DNA of 64,000 nucleotides, from contig JBBRLQ010000006.1 in NCBI GenBank assembly GCA_038231275.1, positions 256,001-320,000 of the forward strand, given 5' to 3'. The translations under genes were made by a program, and so were the position numbers. This DNA is from Polyangiales bacterium. GTDB lineage: Bacteria > Myxococcota_A > Polyangia > Polyangiales > Polyangiaceae. The notes beneath the pieces are model-generated. The model had not been told where the DNA came from. It worked only from the letters and a program-made list of their open reading frames with translations, and searched no databases. Shown in pieces: positions 1 through 9,992 of this stretch. Positions within the stretch are counted from its first letter, which is position 1. Every line of letters begins with the position of its first letter.

Positions 1-1108
1 GCTCGGAGCGGACGCGCGGGGCGTCGGGGTTCGAGAAATCCGCGGTCGCGAGGACGTACGAGCCCTGCGCGCCGCCGCAGCCCCCCTGCCCCGCCGCGCA
101 GCCGACGACGTGCGCGACCTTGCCGTCGGAGAAGTCGAGGTTCCAGCGCCCGTTGTCGGCGCCCCACCCCTGCGCGCGTCCGGTGACCTCGAGCTTTCCG
201 CGCGTCTTGATCTTGCCGCCGGGATCGGAGATGTCGAGGTACTGGAGCGACGTCGTCGTCACCACGTCATAGGGACCGGTCGGCGCGCCGTCGTGCGCGA
301 GCAGGATCGAGCTCGGCGTGACGTTGAAGACGCCACCCCAACCGTCGTACTTCAGTTGCCCGATCGTCTTGACGACGCCGCCCGCGAAGCTGACCGACGA
401 CACCAGCGTGTGCGAGGACGACAGGTCGTAGCCCCGGTTGCCGGTCGACACGATCGCGCCGCCTTGGCCCCAGCCGTACGACTCGTCCCACTGCTCGCTG
501 ACCGCGTAGAGGACGTCGCCGACGACGCGCAGGTCCCGCACCCAGCCACCGAGCTTCGCGTCGCCGAGCGAGCGGATGTTCGTCGGGTCGGTCGCGTCGT
601 AGCCGCGCGCGATCGATCCGTGGAAGGGCGTGCCGTCGTCGAGGGCGCCGTACCAATCCGCGACGACGACGGTGGCGACGCCGTTGCGAACGAGCATCTC
701 GACGGGGCTGCCGTAGATGGGCGCGCGCCCGAGGAGCTTCGGGTGGTCCACGTCGGCGACGTCGAAGACCATGAGGCCGCGGTACGCGTTCAAGTAGTAG
801 AGGCGGTCGCCTTCGAGGCGGTAGAGATCGGTCTCTTCGACCTTGCGTCCGCCGGTGGCGGCGCCCGCGTTTGGCGAGGGGGCCGCGGTGCCGGCGTCCG
901 CCGAACCAGCGCCGGAGCTGCCCCCGCTCAGCGCGCCGCCTTTCGCCTGACCGGCCATCGGGGCGGAGACGAAGGTCGATTGCCCAACCGCCCGATCGCC
1001 GTCCGTCTTGACGTCGCCAGAGCGCGAGCTGCATGCGCCCGCCGCGAGGGCGCTGGCAACGGTGGATAGAATGACGAGGCGAAGCGAATTTATGCGAAGG
1101 GACATCAT
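1..1108 (-). CDS. Secreted beta-propeller domain lipoprotein (Beta_propel-like), runs off the left edge
   Basis: Not in the ORF track because it has no stop in the window. My translation from ATG 1108: MMSLRINSLRLVILSTVASALAAGAC (lipobox), then KVEETDLYRLEGDRLYYLNAYRGLMVFDVADVDHPKLLG, typical of these propeller proteins. Confidence 0.75.
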   Translation of the reverse strand, partial: MMSLRINSLRLVILSTVASALAAGACSSRSGDVKTDGDRAVGQSTFVSAPMAGQAKGGALSGGSSGAGSADAGTAAPSPNAGAATGGRKVEETDLYRLEGDRLYYLNAYRGLMVFDVADVDHPKLLGRAPIYGSPVEMLVRNGVATVVVADWYGALDDGTPFHGSIARGYDATDPTNIRSLGDAKLGGWVRDLRVVGDVLYAVSEQWDESYGWGQGGAIVSTGNRGYDLSSSHTLVSSVSFAGGVVKTIGQLKYDGWGGVFNVTPSSILLAHDGAPTGPYDVVTTTSLQYLDISDPGGKIKTRGKLEVTGRAQGWGADNGRWNLDFSDGKVAHVVGCAAGQGGCGGAQGSYVLATADFSNPDAPRVRSE

Positions 1109-1129
1109 GGCTTCCTCGCGCGGTCCCTT

Positions 1130-1145
1130 CGCAACGGCGATGCCA
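1130..1145 (-). promoter_or_regulatory. Candidate sigma-54 (-24/-12) promoter
   Basis: Minus strand reads TGGCATCGCCGTTGCG (GG-N10-GC, close to TGGCAC-N5-TTGC), about 20 nt upstream of ATG 1108 and its GAGGAAG SD-like sequence. Confidence 0.55.
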
Positions 1146-1240
1146 TCGGGTAATTTGGCTCGATTTCGCGCCGATGGGCGCACGCGCGACGGTCCGGCAG
1201 GGCGGGGAGATCGCTCGGTGTGCCAGTGGCACAGGAGGGC

Positions 1241-2278
1241 TTACCGTCGCTTCTTCTTCCTCGGATTGTGCGCGCCGACGAGCTTCGCGTACTCGGGCGT
1301 CGGTGTCTCTTCGGCGAGGCGCGAGCTCTTTCGCGCGGCCTCGGCGTGCGCCGGTAGTTTTTCGCACATGCGCTGGAGCTCGGTGGCGCCGGGGACCTTC
1401 TCGCGGTCGGTCCACTGCGCGAGCGCGGCGCCGAGCGCGGCGATGGTCTCGGCGGCGCCGCGAAGGTGGCCGCGCCGACCGAGGTCCAGGTAGCTCCGCG
1501 CGAGCGCGTCGCCGTCGAAGCGATGCTGGACGACGAGCTCGGTCGCGACGCGAAGCACCGCCTCGGCGGGCAGGCGTCCGTCCTCGAACACCACGAAGGC
1601 GGCCTGGAGGTAATTGTAGAAGGGGACGACGCGCGCGCCGTAGATGCGAAAATCGTCGGGCGGCGTCTGGCCTTCGAGGTGGATGAGCACGCGCTCGACG
1701 ATCTCGCGCGGCTGGAGGCGGCGCACGTCGGAGACGACGCCCTCGAGCACGTCCTCGTAGACCTTGCCCTTCTCGCAGATGGCGACGAGCGCATCCTCGC
1801 CGACCTTGCCGGCGCAGATGTCGCTGTAGAGCGAGTAGACGAACGCGTCGGCCTCCGCGTCGTCGCCGAACAGCGTCTCCTTCAGCGCGAGCTTCTCGGT
1901 GCCGGCGTCGTCCGCGCTCTTGGTGCGCGCGCGGAGGAGCGCGGGGAGCTTGTAGCCGAGCTGGTCCTTCAGCGCGCGGAAACGCAGGCGCAGCATGTTC
2001 TGGAGGTTCGGCTTCAAGGTGAAGCTGTCCCACGTGATGCCGTCGAGGCGCAGCTTGTCCTCGAGGCGTCGCCGCATCTGCTCGGGCGAGCCGCTCAGGA
2101 TGTGGACCGACACGCCCGCGCGCACCATCTCACGCAGCAAGGTCGACGCGCCGGGGTTCGTGCGCTTCTCGTCGGCCCGCTCGAGGGCTGTCTTCACGAG
2201 ATCGCGAAGGGTGTCGAACTCCGTGCGGAGGTAGGTCTTGTCGAGATCCCAGCGAGCGATGTGCGACGGCACGGCCAC
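1241..2278 (-). CDS. HAD-like (DxDxT) phosphatase-domain protein, App1/DUF2183-like
   Basis: N-terminal WDLDKT motif, ILSGSP, LFGDDAEAD. Confidence 0.65.
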   Translation of the reverse strand: MAVPSHIARWDLDKTYLRTEFDTLRDLVKTALERADEKRTNPGASTLLREMVRAGVSVHILSGSPEQMRRRLEDKLRLDGITWDSFTLKPNLQNMLRLRFRALKDQLGYKLPALLRARTKSADDAGTEKLALKETLFGDDAEADAFVYSLYSDICAGKVGEDALVAICEKGKVYEDVLEGVVSDVRRLQPREIVERVLIHLEGQTPPDDFRIYGARVVPFYNYLQAAFVVFEDGRLPAEAVLRVATELVVQHRFDGDALARSYLDLGRRGHLRGAAETIAALGAALAQWTDREKVPGATELQRMCEKLPAHAEAARKSSRLAEETPTPEYAKLVGAHNPRKKKRR

Positions 2279-2292
2279 GAGGAGAGGTTACC

Positions 2293-3330
2293 TTACTTGG
2301 GCGGCGCGCACGCGGCGGCGGGGCCTTGCGCGTCCGCGTCGCAGGGGCCGAGCCCGAGGCCGCGGCAGCCGACCTTCACGCGGCGGCCGGCGGCGCAGAA
2401 CGCGAGATCCTCGCCGTCGCAGCGCGCGGGGGCCGGCTCGCACTCGAGCGCCTTTCTGATGACGCACGCGGCGCGCGCGCCGGAGCCCGCGCACCTTAGG
2501 CCGAGCGCGCCGCAGTCGGAGACGCGCGCGTCCCCGTAGTGTCCGTGAACGACGCACTCGACGAGGCGATCGCCGGCGCAGTAGCGCGCGCCGACCTCCG
2601 CGCAGTGGAGGTGCTCGCCCGTCGGCTCGCACGTGGCGCCGTTCTCGCCGCCGGCCTCCTTGTGCGGCCTGCACACGGTGCCGGTCGGGCAAATGGTGCG
2701 CTCGACGAGGCCGTCGTGGCAGCTGACGATGGCCGCGCCTTGTCCGTCGCAGCGCTCCTCGGGGGCGCCGTCGGGGCAGAGCGCCGGCGAGAAGCAACCA
2801 CGGGCGACGAGGCCACCGGCGATCTTGCGCTCCTCGCAGCGCGCGCTCGCGGCGCCGCAGTCGAGCCGCGTGCTCACCGCGCCGTCGGTGCCCGAGCAGC
2901 TCACGAACGCGTCGCCATCGCACGCCGTCATCACGCCCGGGTGAGCGGCGCAGTACGACGCCGCCCGCGCGTCCCCTGCCGCGCCGCGCGCGCACGTCGC
3001 GATCTCCGCGCAGCCCTTGGCCGACGCGAGGCACTTTTGGACGGGATCGGTGTCGCTCCTGACGCGCGCGACCCACCAGTCGATGCACGTGCCGGGATCG
3101 CGCAGGCGCGGCGTATCGTGCGCGTTCGAGCAGCTGGCGATCTTGGCGCAGCGGGCGGCGACGTCGTCGAGCCACGTCGGCGTGCCCGCGTCGTTGAGCG
3201 AGAGCGCTGGCGGGTCCGCGACCGGCGGCCCCGGCGGTCGCGCAGGGCACGCCGCGAGGAGCATCCCCACCAGCGCAGGCGCGGCGGTCCGGACGAGGAG
3301 ACGGGAAGAGATCACGGGCGTCACGAGCAT
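2293..3330 (-). CDS. Cys-rich hypothetical lipoprotein
   Basis: Start re-called at MLVTPVISSR; lipobox LLAAC; many regularly spaced Cys. Confidence 0.7.
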   Translation of the reverse strand: MLVTPVISSRLLVRTAAPALVGMLLAACPARPPGPPVADPPALSLNDAGTPTWLDDVAARCAKIASCSNAHDTPRLRDPGTCIDWWVARVRSDTDPVQKCLASAKGCAEIATCARGAAGDARAASYCAAHPGVMTACDGDAFVSCSGTDGAVSTRLDCGAASARCEERKIAGGLVARGCFSPALCPDGAPEERCDGQGAAIVSCHDGLVERTICPTGTVCRPHKEAGGENGATCEPTGEHLHCAEVGARYCAGDRLVECVVHGHYGDARVSDCGALGLRCAGSGARAACVIRKALECEPAPARCDGEDLAFCAAGRRVKVGCRGLGLGPCDADAQGPAAACAPPK

Positions 3331-3341
3331 CGGGCTGCGCG

Positions 3342-6113
3342 TCAGACGGCGATGCTGCGCTTCAGATCCTCGAGCGAGTGGAGCAGCTCGTGCGCGCCCG
3401 ACTCGAACGCCAGCTCCATCGCCTCGCGCAGGTAGAGGCGCGCCTCGTTCTTCTTCTCGCGGCCGTTCGCGACGGTGGCCAGCGCGCCGAGCACGCTCGC
3501 GCGATCTTTTCCGCTGGGGCCGGCGATGTCGAGCGCCTCGCGGAGCACGCCTTCGGCGTCGGTGAGATCTCCGGCGGCGACGAGCGCCTCGCCGAGCTTG
3601 CGGCTGAAGATGAGGACGGCGCGCATCGGGTCGTCGAGCTCGCCACGGAAGAGCTCCCGCCGCGCGAGCTCTAGGCCGCGACGCAGCGCCGTCACCGTGC
3701 CGCGGATGTCTCCGCGCGCGGCGCATTTCACTCCGACCGACTCGAGCAGAATGAGCGCCTGGAACGAGTTCTGCGCCTGGTACTCGTGCCACGCGCGCAC
3801 TTCGATCGGCGCGCCTTGCTCCTCGCAGTACTCCGCCGCGTAGGCGTGGAGGCCGCGGCGGACGGCGGCAGGGATCGTCGCGAGGACGACCTCGCGCAGC
3901 AGCGGGTGGCTCGCGCGGAGACCCTCGGGGCCCGACTCCACCATCGCGCACGCGTCGAGGTTGAGGAGGCCGTCGGCGACGTCGGTCGTGTCGGGGAGGA
4001 GCGGCTTGAGCGAGTCGGGCGTCGCGTTGTCGCCGTAGACGGCGATCGCCTGTAGGACGCGGCGCGCGAGCGGCGGGAGGCGCTCGACGCGGAGCGCGAT
4101 GAGGTCGGCCAGGCGCGCCGGCGCGACGCCGCCTTGCTCGCGCGTGTAGCGGAGCAGCTGATCAAGGTAGAGCGGCGCGATCCCGCGGGTCCCTTCGGCC
4201 AGCGACGGCGAGCTGCCGGAGCCACCGGCGCGCAAGAGCTTGGCCACCACCGGCGGCGTCAGCCCGGTGATGACGCGCGACGGCGCGCTCGCCGGCCACC
4301 CCGGATCGAACCCGGGGGCGTAGGTGACGACCATGAGCGCCGGCACCAGCGACGGCTCGCTCATCGCGTCGCTGAACGCGTTGCGGCTCGCACCGTCGAT
4401 CTGGTGCAGATCGTCGATGGCGAGGATGACGCGCCCCTTTTGCGCCCGCTCGGCCGCGCGCGTGAGCGCCCAGCGCAGCGCCTCGACGGCCGCGAAGCGG
4501 CGCTCTTCGGGGGAGAGCGTTCCCCTATTTTTCTCCTCGATCGCGAAGACGTCGAGCAGGCCACGGCGCGCCTCGGAGCTCACGGCCGTCCAATCCTTGG
4601 GCGCGCCGCCGTTCTCGGGGAGCTGCGCGAGCGACTGAATCGCGCGACGGAGTGCGTGGTAGCCGACCTCGGCCCAGACCGGATCGGGGCCGGTCACGAC
4701 GACGGTGTCGCCCGCGGCCTTCGAGACGATCAGGAACTCGCGGAGGAGGCGCGTCTTTCCGATCCCAGGCTCACCGACGACACGCGCGCCGGAGAGCGTC
4801 GACTTCGCCTCGTTCCTGCGGTCCTCGAGCCATGCGAGATCGTCCTCGCGCCCGACCAAGGGGAGCGGGAAGCGGATCCGGTCGCCGTCGAGAACGAGGC
4901 GGGACCCGCTCGCGTCCTCGGGCGGAAAATCGGTGGAGACCTTGCGCGCCGGCGCCGCGCTGCCGTTCGCCGGCGCGCCCTTGGGCACCGCGAGCGACGG
5001 CACCGGCGGCGGATCGGGGCTCGCGGTTCGCGCCGCGCCGACGATCACCGACGCGCCGCACTCGCCGCAGAACTTCTGGTTCGACGCGTTCATGGCGCCG
5101 CACGACGGGCACTTCGTGAGGACCGTCGGAGGACCTCGCGAGACGACGCTCGCCCCCTCGACCTGCGCGAGCGAGTCGGCGAGCGCCTCGCTGAACTCGT
5201 CGGCGTTGCTGAAACGATGCTTGGGGTCCTTCGCGAGCGCGAGCAGCGCGACGTCGGCGAGCGCCTGCGGGATCTCACGCTCCGGCGCGAGCTGCCGCGG
5301 ATCGGCCGGCGGCCTGGTGAGGTGCATGAGCACGACCTGCGTCGGGCTCTCGGCCTCGAATGGGAGTCGTCCCGTGAGCAGCTGGTAGAAGATGACGCCG
5401 ACCGCGTAGAGATCGCTCCGCGCGTCCAGCGGATCGCCGCGGCCCTGCTCGGGGCTCATGTACTCGGGCGTCCCGCACACGATGCCGGGGCTCGTGATCG
5501 AAGGCTTTTCGGACTCCGCGCGCATCTTCGCGAGCCCGAAGTCCACGACCTTGACGAAGTCGCCGCCCGATCGCATCGGCTCGAGGATGATGTTCTCGGG
5601 CTTCAGATCGCGATGAATGATGTCGAGGTGATGCGCTTCGGCGAGCGCCGCGAGCACCTGCCGGAGGATGTTGACGATGCGGCGGAACGCGAGCGGCCCC
5701 TCGTCGTACGCGACGCGCGCGAGGTCTCGCCCGCGCAAGAATTCCATGACGAGATAGAGCTGCCCGTCCGGGGTCTTGCCGAAGTCGATGACGGCGACGG
5801 AGTTCGGGTGATTGAGCCGGCTCGCCGCGCGCGCCTCGGTGATGAAGCGCGCGGCGGCGTTCTCTTCGCCGACGAGGTGCGGGTGAATGATCTTCACCGC
5901 GACGGTGCGACCGAGCGCGCTCTGCTCGGCGCGGTACACACGTCCCATGCCGCCGATGCCGACCAGCTCCAGGATCACGTACCCGCCGGGGAGCGTCCGG
6001 CCGACCAGCGGATCGTCGACGTTCGAGGCGACTTTGCCGACCGGGAAGCCACACCCAGGGCAGAACTTGTGCGTGTCGTCACAAGGAGTTCCGCACTGGG
6101 GACACGCACGCAT
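3342..6113 (-). CDS. Ser/Thr protein kinase with two zinc-ribbon modules, a P-loop (AAA_16/STAND-like) NTPase and a helical C-terminus
   Basis: Start MRACPQCG...FCPGCG; kinase motifs GIGGMG, VAVK, HRDLKPEN, DFG, SPE; second CPSCG...CGECG; Walker A GEPGIGKT and Walker B ILAIDD. Confidence 0.9.
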   Translation of the reverse strand: MRACPQCGTPCDDTHKFCPGCGFPVGKVASNVDDPLVGRTLPGGYVILELVGIGGMGRVYRAEQSALGRTVAVKIIHPHLVGEENAAARFITEARAASRLNHPNSVAVIDFGKTPDGQLYLVMEFLRGRDLARVAYDEGPLAFRRIVNILRQVLAALAEAHHLDIIHRDLKPENIILEPMRSGGDFVKVVDFGLAKMRAESEKPSITSPGIVCGTPEYMSPEQGRGDPLDARSDLYAVGVIFYQLLTGRLPFEAESPTQVVLMHLTRPPADPRQLAPEREIPQALADVALLALAKDPKHRFSNADEFSEALADSLAQVEGASVVSRGPPTVLTKCPSCGAMNASNQKFCGECGASVIVGAARTASPDPPPVPSLAVPKGAPANGSAAPARKVSTDFPPEDASGSRLVLDGDRIRFPLPLVGREDDLAWLEDRRNEAKSTLSGARVVGEPGIGKTRLLREFLIVSKAAGDTVVVTGPDPVWAEVGYHALRRAIQSLAQLPENGGAPKDWTAVSSEARRGLLDVFAIEEKNRGTLSPEERRFAAVEALRWALTRAAERAQKGRVILAIDDLHQIDGASRNAFSDAMSEPSLVPALMVVTYAPGFDPGWPASAPSRVITGLTPPVVAKLLRAGGSGSSPSLAEGTRGIAPLYLDQLLRYTREQGGVAPARLADLIALRVERLPPLARRVLQAIAVYGDNATPDSLKPLLPDTTDVADGLLNLDACAMVESGPEGLRASHPLLREVVLATIPAAVRRGLHAYAAEYCEEQGAPIEVRAWHEYQAQNSFQALILLESVGVKCAARGDIRGTVTALRRGLELARRELFRGELDDPMRAVLIFSRKLGEALVAAGDLTDAEGVLREALDIAGPSGKDRASVLGALATVANGREKKNEARLYLREAMELAFESGAHELLHSLEDLKRSIAV

Positions 6114-6308
6114 GGAGGAGTTCGAGGGTATCACGCCTTGCCAGGATTGCGCCTCCCCCGGGGCGCCCGCCGCGGTCCCCGTGTCGTCCCATTCCCGTGC
6201 ACGATCCAAGCGTGCCGTCCCGCCCGCGGCATGTAGGACCCGCTCCTCCGAGCGCAGCCGGCCGCGCGTTTTTTCACGCTTCCGCCCGAGAACGCGTACC
6301 ATTTCATC

Positions 6309-7451
6309 GTGGCAAAGCTCATCGGCGAGCTCCTCGTGGAGGCCAAAGCCCTCACGCGTGAGAAGCTCGAAGAGGCGCTCCGCGCGCCGCGCGAGCCGGG
6401 CAAGAAGCTGGGGCAGCTGCTCCTGGAGAGGGGCCTCGTGACGGAGGCACACCTCACGCAGAGCCTTAGTTTCCAGCTCGGCGTGCCTTGGGTCTCGCTC
6501 TACCACATCGACTTCTCGCGCCAGCTCTTGAGCCGAATTCCGCGCGAGACGGCGGACAAGTTCTGCCTCGTGCCGATCTACGTACGCCACGTGAAGGGGC
6601 ACGGCGACACGCTCTACGTGGCGACGGAAGATCCGAACCATCAGCAGGCGCTGGCCGAGGCGTCGAAGGCGGCGGGCCTCCCGGTGCGCGCGATGATCGC
6701 GTCTCCGACGGACATCCGCAGCGCGATCCGCGTCTACTATCCCAATCCGGATGGGAACGAGGCGTTGCCGATCCCGCTGACCGCGCCCGCCACGATGCCC
6801 GAGAAGCCGACGACGCCCGAGCGCAAGCCGGAGCCGCCGCCGCTGCCGCCGAAGCGTCAGAAGATGCCGTCGATCTCCGACGCGACGCCGGCCCCTGCGA
6901 CGGCCAAGCCGGTGTCTCGACCGCCGCAGCCGGCGGGAGGGGCGCATCCATCGAAGCCGCCGCCCGCGCCGCCGTCCGCGCTGCGCACCGCCAGCCCCGA
7001 CGCGGCGCTGGCGTCCTCGAACCGCGACGCGCCGGTGCCTACGCCGCTCGAATCCGATCCCGAGCTGAACGGCCCGCGCACCGACCGACCGCCGCCCTCC
7101 GAGGAAGATCATCCGGACGCGACGCCGGAGATCGAGGCCCGCGAGCTGACGCCGGGACGCAAGGCGCGCATGGTGGCGCTCACGCTGCTCGACGGGACGT
7201 CGCTCGCGCTGCCGACGCGCCCGCGGCGCAAGAGCGAGCCGGCACCCGGCTTCGGTGGCGGGCTGCCCGATCAGCTCACGTCGCGCGATCTCATCGCCGC
7301 GCTGCGAGCGCTGTCGCACGGCGCAGACGTCAGCGAGATCCTGGGCGACAACGTCCACTGGGAGGCGATGTTCGCCGCGCTCCTGTCGCTCCTCCTCAAG
7401 AAGGGGCTGCTCGCCGACTGGGAGTTCGTCGAGGAGCTTCGAAAGATTTGA
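6309..7451 (+). CDS. MshEN/T2SSE_N (GspE N-terminal) domain protein without ATPase; Pro-rich linker
   Basis: Tandem LIGELLV...L..AL and KLGQLLLERGLV...L...L..Q motifs, then IPRETADKFCLVP...VATEDP. No Walker motifs. Confidence 0.8.
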   Translation: MAKLIGELLVEAKALTREKLEEALRAPREPGKKLGQLLLERGLVTEAHLTQSLSFQLGVPWVSLYHIDFSRQLLSRIPRETADKFCLVPIYVRHVKGHGDTLYVATEDPNHQQALAEASKAAGLPVRAMIASPTDIRSAIRVYYPNPDGNEALPIPLTAPATMPEKPTTPERKPEPPPLPPKRQKMPSISDATPAPATAKPVSRPPQPAGGAHPSKPPPAPPSALRTASPDAALASSNRDAPVPTPLESDPELNGPRTDRPPPSEEDHPDATPEIEARELTPGRKARMVALTLLDGTSLALPTRPRRKSEPAPGFGGGLPDQLTSRDLIAALRALSHGADVSEILGDNVHWEAMFAALLSLLLKKGLLADWEFVEELRKI

Positions 7452-7458
7452 GTCTCAC

Positions 7459-9054
7459 TCACTGGGCGAGGCAGGCGACCGGATCGAACGTGCCGCTCAT
7501 CTGGCCGCGCGTCGCGTCGTAGAAGCGGCCCGACGACACGAAGACCGGCGCGCCGGTGCCGTCCTTCGCGATGCACCACACGTCGATGTTCGACGGCGCC
7601 TCTCCGGTGCGAACGTCGAAATCGAGCGGTCCGCTCGCTCCTTCGAGGTTGAACGTGCCGCCGCTCGTCGCGAGGATCTGGAACCCCGTGCTCAAGTTCG
7701 CGCCGCCGACCTCGAGCTTGCTCCCGCTGACGAGCCGCGCGAAGCCCGCCGCGAGGGCAGCGCCGGTGATCGGTTGGCGCGGCGCGGTCGCGATGCCGTA
7801 CGTCATGAGAAACATCGCGTCGTAGGCTCCGGCCATGCCGAAGACCTGCGGCGCCGCCCCGAACGCGCCGACGTACTTGAGGATGAACCCGTTGAACGCC
7901 GTCGACGACGGCGACGCCGGGATGGTGCCGCGTACGCGCTTCCGGAGCGCGTCGTCCGCGGCCGCGGCGAGGAGCTCCGGCTTGTGGACCGCGTCCGAGA
8001 AGAGATAGAGCGGCCGCGTGGAGGCGCCCCACCCTTGCTCCAGCGGGGTCAGGTATTTGGTGACGACCTCGGTAGATCCGAGCCCGACGACGAGCGCAGG
8101 TCGCGTCTTCGCGGCGAGCGTCTGCGCGACCTCGGGCGCGAGATCGGCGGGCTTTGGATCGTACTGGAGCGCGAGGAGCGCGCCGGCGTTCGCGGGGTCT
8201 CCGAACGGCTTTCCGTTGAACGTCGCGGCGCTGCTGACGGCGTTGTAGAGGCCGAGGCCGTACGCGTCATTCAGGTACAGAAAGGCGGCCGACAGCGACG
8301 TGCCAGCAGGGGTCGCGTTGTCGGCGCGGTATTTTTGCTCGACCTGGCTGACTTGATCGAGCAGCGCGAGCGCCTGAACCGCGTCGGACGGAGCGGTGCG
8401 CCACACGAGCCCGTCGTCTTGGAGGTTCGTGATCGCCGTCGACGTCGCCGAGGGTGAGATGATCATGGTCCCGGCGGGGATCGTGATCGCGCTGACCGTG
8501 ATGACGTCGCCGCTCGCCTCCGGCCCGACGATCGCGGGCACGTGAAGCTCCGTCGCAAGGTGCGTCGCGGCGCGACCGACGTCCATGGCTGCGTCGCACT
8601 CGAGCACGACGAGCGGCCGCGCCTTCCCGCTCGCCGCGACGGGGATCCCCGGGACGTTCTGCTTGATGTCGTTGGCGGCGACCTCCACGCTCCGCATACG
8701 CGCTGTCCCCGACGACTGGTTCGTGCCCGACAAGCTGAAGAGCGCGCCGACGATCACCGCGTCGTCGTTGGCGGGATCGCCGATCACCTTCGTGCAGTCC
8801 TGCGAGAGCAGCGGGACGCACGCCGCCTTGGGCCTCACGCACACGGCGGGCGCGCCGAGGCGATCGATGCAGCTTTGGTTCGTCGTACACGGCGCTCCGT
8901 CGAGCGTGCAGATGCCCGCCGCGCAGATCGCGCTCGTGAAGGGGCCGCCGCGTTGCGTGCAGTCCGCATCTGTTTTGCACTGATCGCCCGAAGTGTCGAC
9001 GAACAGCGAGCACGCGCACGTCGCGGCGAGCACCAGCGTGGCGAAGCGGCGCAT
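7459..9054 (-). CDS. Periplasmic ligand-binding (LivJ/type-1 SBP) lipoprotein with Cys-rich N-terminus
   Basis: Start MRRFATLVLAATCAC; motifs IVGP..S, ISPSATS, VWRTAPSDAVQ, NDAYG.G, AYDA, EGASGPLDFD. Confidence 0.8.
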   Translation of the reverse strand: MRRFATLVLAATCACSLFVDTSGDQCKTDADCTQRGGPFTSAICAAGICTLDGAPCTTNQSCIDRLGAPAVCVRPKAACVPLLSQDCTKVIGDPANDDAVIVGALFSLSGTNQSSGTARMRSVEVAANDIKQNVPGIPVAASGKARPLVVLECDAAMDVGRAATHLATELHVPAIVGPEASGDVITVSAITIPAGTMIISPSATSTAITNLQDDGLVWRTAPSDAVQALALLDQVSQVEQKYRADNATPAGTSLSAAFLYLNDAYGLGLYNAVSSAATFNGKPFGDPANAGALLALQYDPKPADLAPEVAQTLAAKTRPALVVGLGSTEVVTKYLTPLEQGWGASTRPLYLFSDAVHKPELLAAAADDALRKRVRGTIPASPSSTAFNGFILKYVGAFGAAPQVFGMAGAYDAMFLMTYGIATAPRQPITGAALAAGFARLVSGSKLEVGGANLSTGFQILATSGGTFNLEGASGPLDFDVRTGEAPSNIDVWCIAKDGTGAPVFVSSGRFYDATRGQMSGTFDPVACLAQ

Positions 9055-9989
9055 CAAAACGACCCCGCCGCGAAGACGCCGCCGGGCCAGAAGCCGACGC
9101 GCGGCTTGTCGGGCTTCGAAGATCCCTGCGGCGTCAGCGTGAGGTAGAGCGAGATGCTGCCGGCGACGACCGCGCCTACGAAGCAAATGTCGCTCACGAT
9201 GCTGAACGCCTTGGTCCGCGAGGTCGCGCTGTCGAGCTCGGCGCGCGACACGCCGAATTTGGCGCGGGCGTCGTCGAGATCGCCGTTGGCCTTGAGCGCG
9301 AGCAGCCCCGTCACCGTCGCCCCCAGCGTGAGCGCGCCGGTCGCGGCCCAACCCTCCCACGGAATTCGGCGCGGCGTCTTGCGCGGCTCGGGCGCGGGCG
9401 CAGGAGGCGCGGGTCCGGGCGGCGGCGCGACGACCGGCTCGATCGAAGCGCCGAGGTTCACGTCGAGCCGCCGCGCGTCGCCGCCCGCGATCTCGACCGA
9501 GGTCGTGAACGGCTTGTACCCGTCCTTGCTCACGGCGACGCGACGCGTGCCGGTCGCGACGAGCACCTCTTGCTGGAGCGGCGACAGGCCCACCTTCTTG
9601 TCGTCGACGGACACCTCGGCGCCAACCTGGACCACCGTGACGATGAGCACGCCCGTGCGCGTGTGGAGGCGCGTGATCTCTTGCTCCACCTCGGCGCGTC
9701 GCGCGCGCGGCACCTTGTCAGCGCCCTCGCGGAGGTAGCGCTCGAAGCTCGTCAGCGCCGCCGCGTAGTCGGTCGCCTGGTACTCGGCCTGCCCGAGGTT
9801 GAAGAGGACGCGGAAGTTGTGGCTGATCTCGTACGCGCGCCGAAACTCGACGAGCGCCGCTTTGAAGTCGGCCTCCTGATAGAGCGAGACGCCGCGCTTG
9901 AAATGCTCCTCCGCCTCACGCTCCCCGGATGCCGCGCGCGCAGGCGCCGCGAGGAGGAGCGTGAGCACGACGACGTGATGGATTCGCAC
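9054..9989 (-). CDS. TPR + PEGA domain protein
   Basis: Signal peptide, AEEHFKRGVSLY TPR, GAEVSVDDKKVG...VSKDGYKPF PEGA, C-terminal hydrophobic segments. Confidence 0.85.
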   Translation of the reverse strand: MRIHHVVVLTLLLAAPARAASGEREAEEHFKRGVSLYQEADFKAALVEFRRAYEISHNFRVLFNLGQAEYQATDYAAALTSFERYLREGADKVPRARRAEVEQEITRLHTRTGVLIVTVVQVGAEVSVDDKKVGLSPLQQEVLVATGTRRVAVSKDGYKPFTTSVEIAGGDARRLDVNLGASIEPVVAPPPGPAPPAPAPEPRKTPRRIPWEGWAATGALTLGATVTGLLALKANGDLDDARAKFGVSRAELDSATSRTKAFSIVSDICFVGAVVAGSISLYLTLTPQGSSKPDKPRVGFWPGGVFAAGSF

Positions 9990-9992
9990 GGG

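Noticed and set aside
3342..7358. 1338-aa kinase ORF as given in the track
   Set aside because: The first approximately 415 aa are antisense to the MshEN gene and its upstream gap; the real start is MRACPQCG at 6113. Similar over-extensions were trimmed for the GH1, TesB, Rieske and 31568-33823 ORFs.
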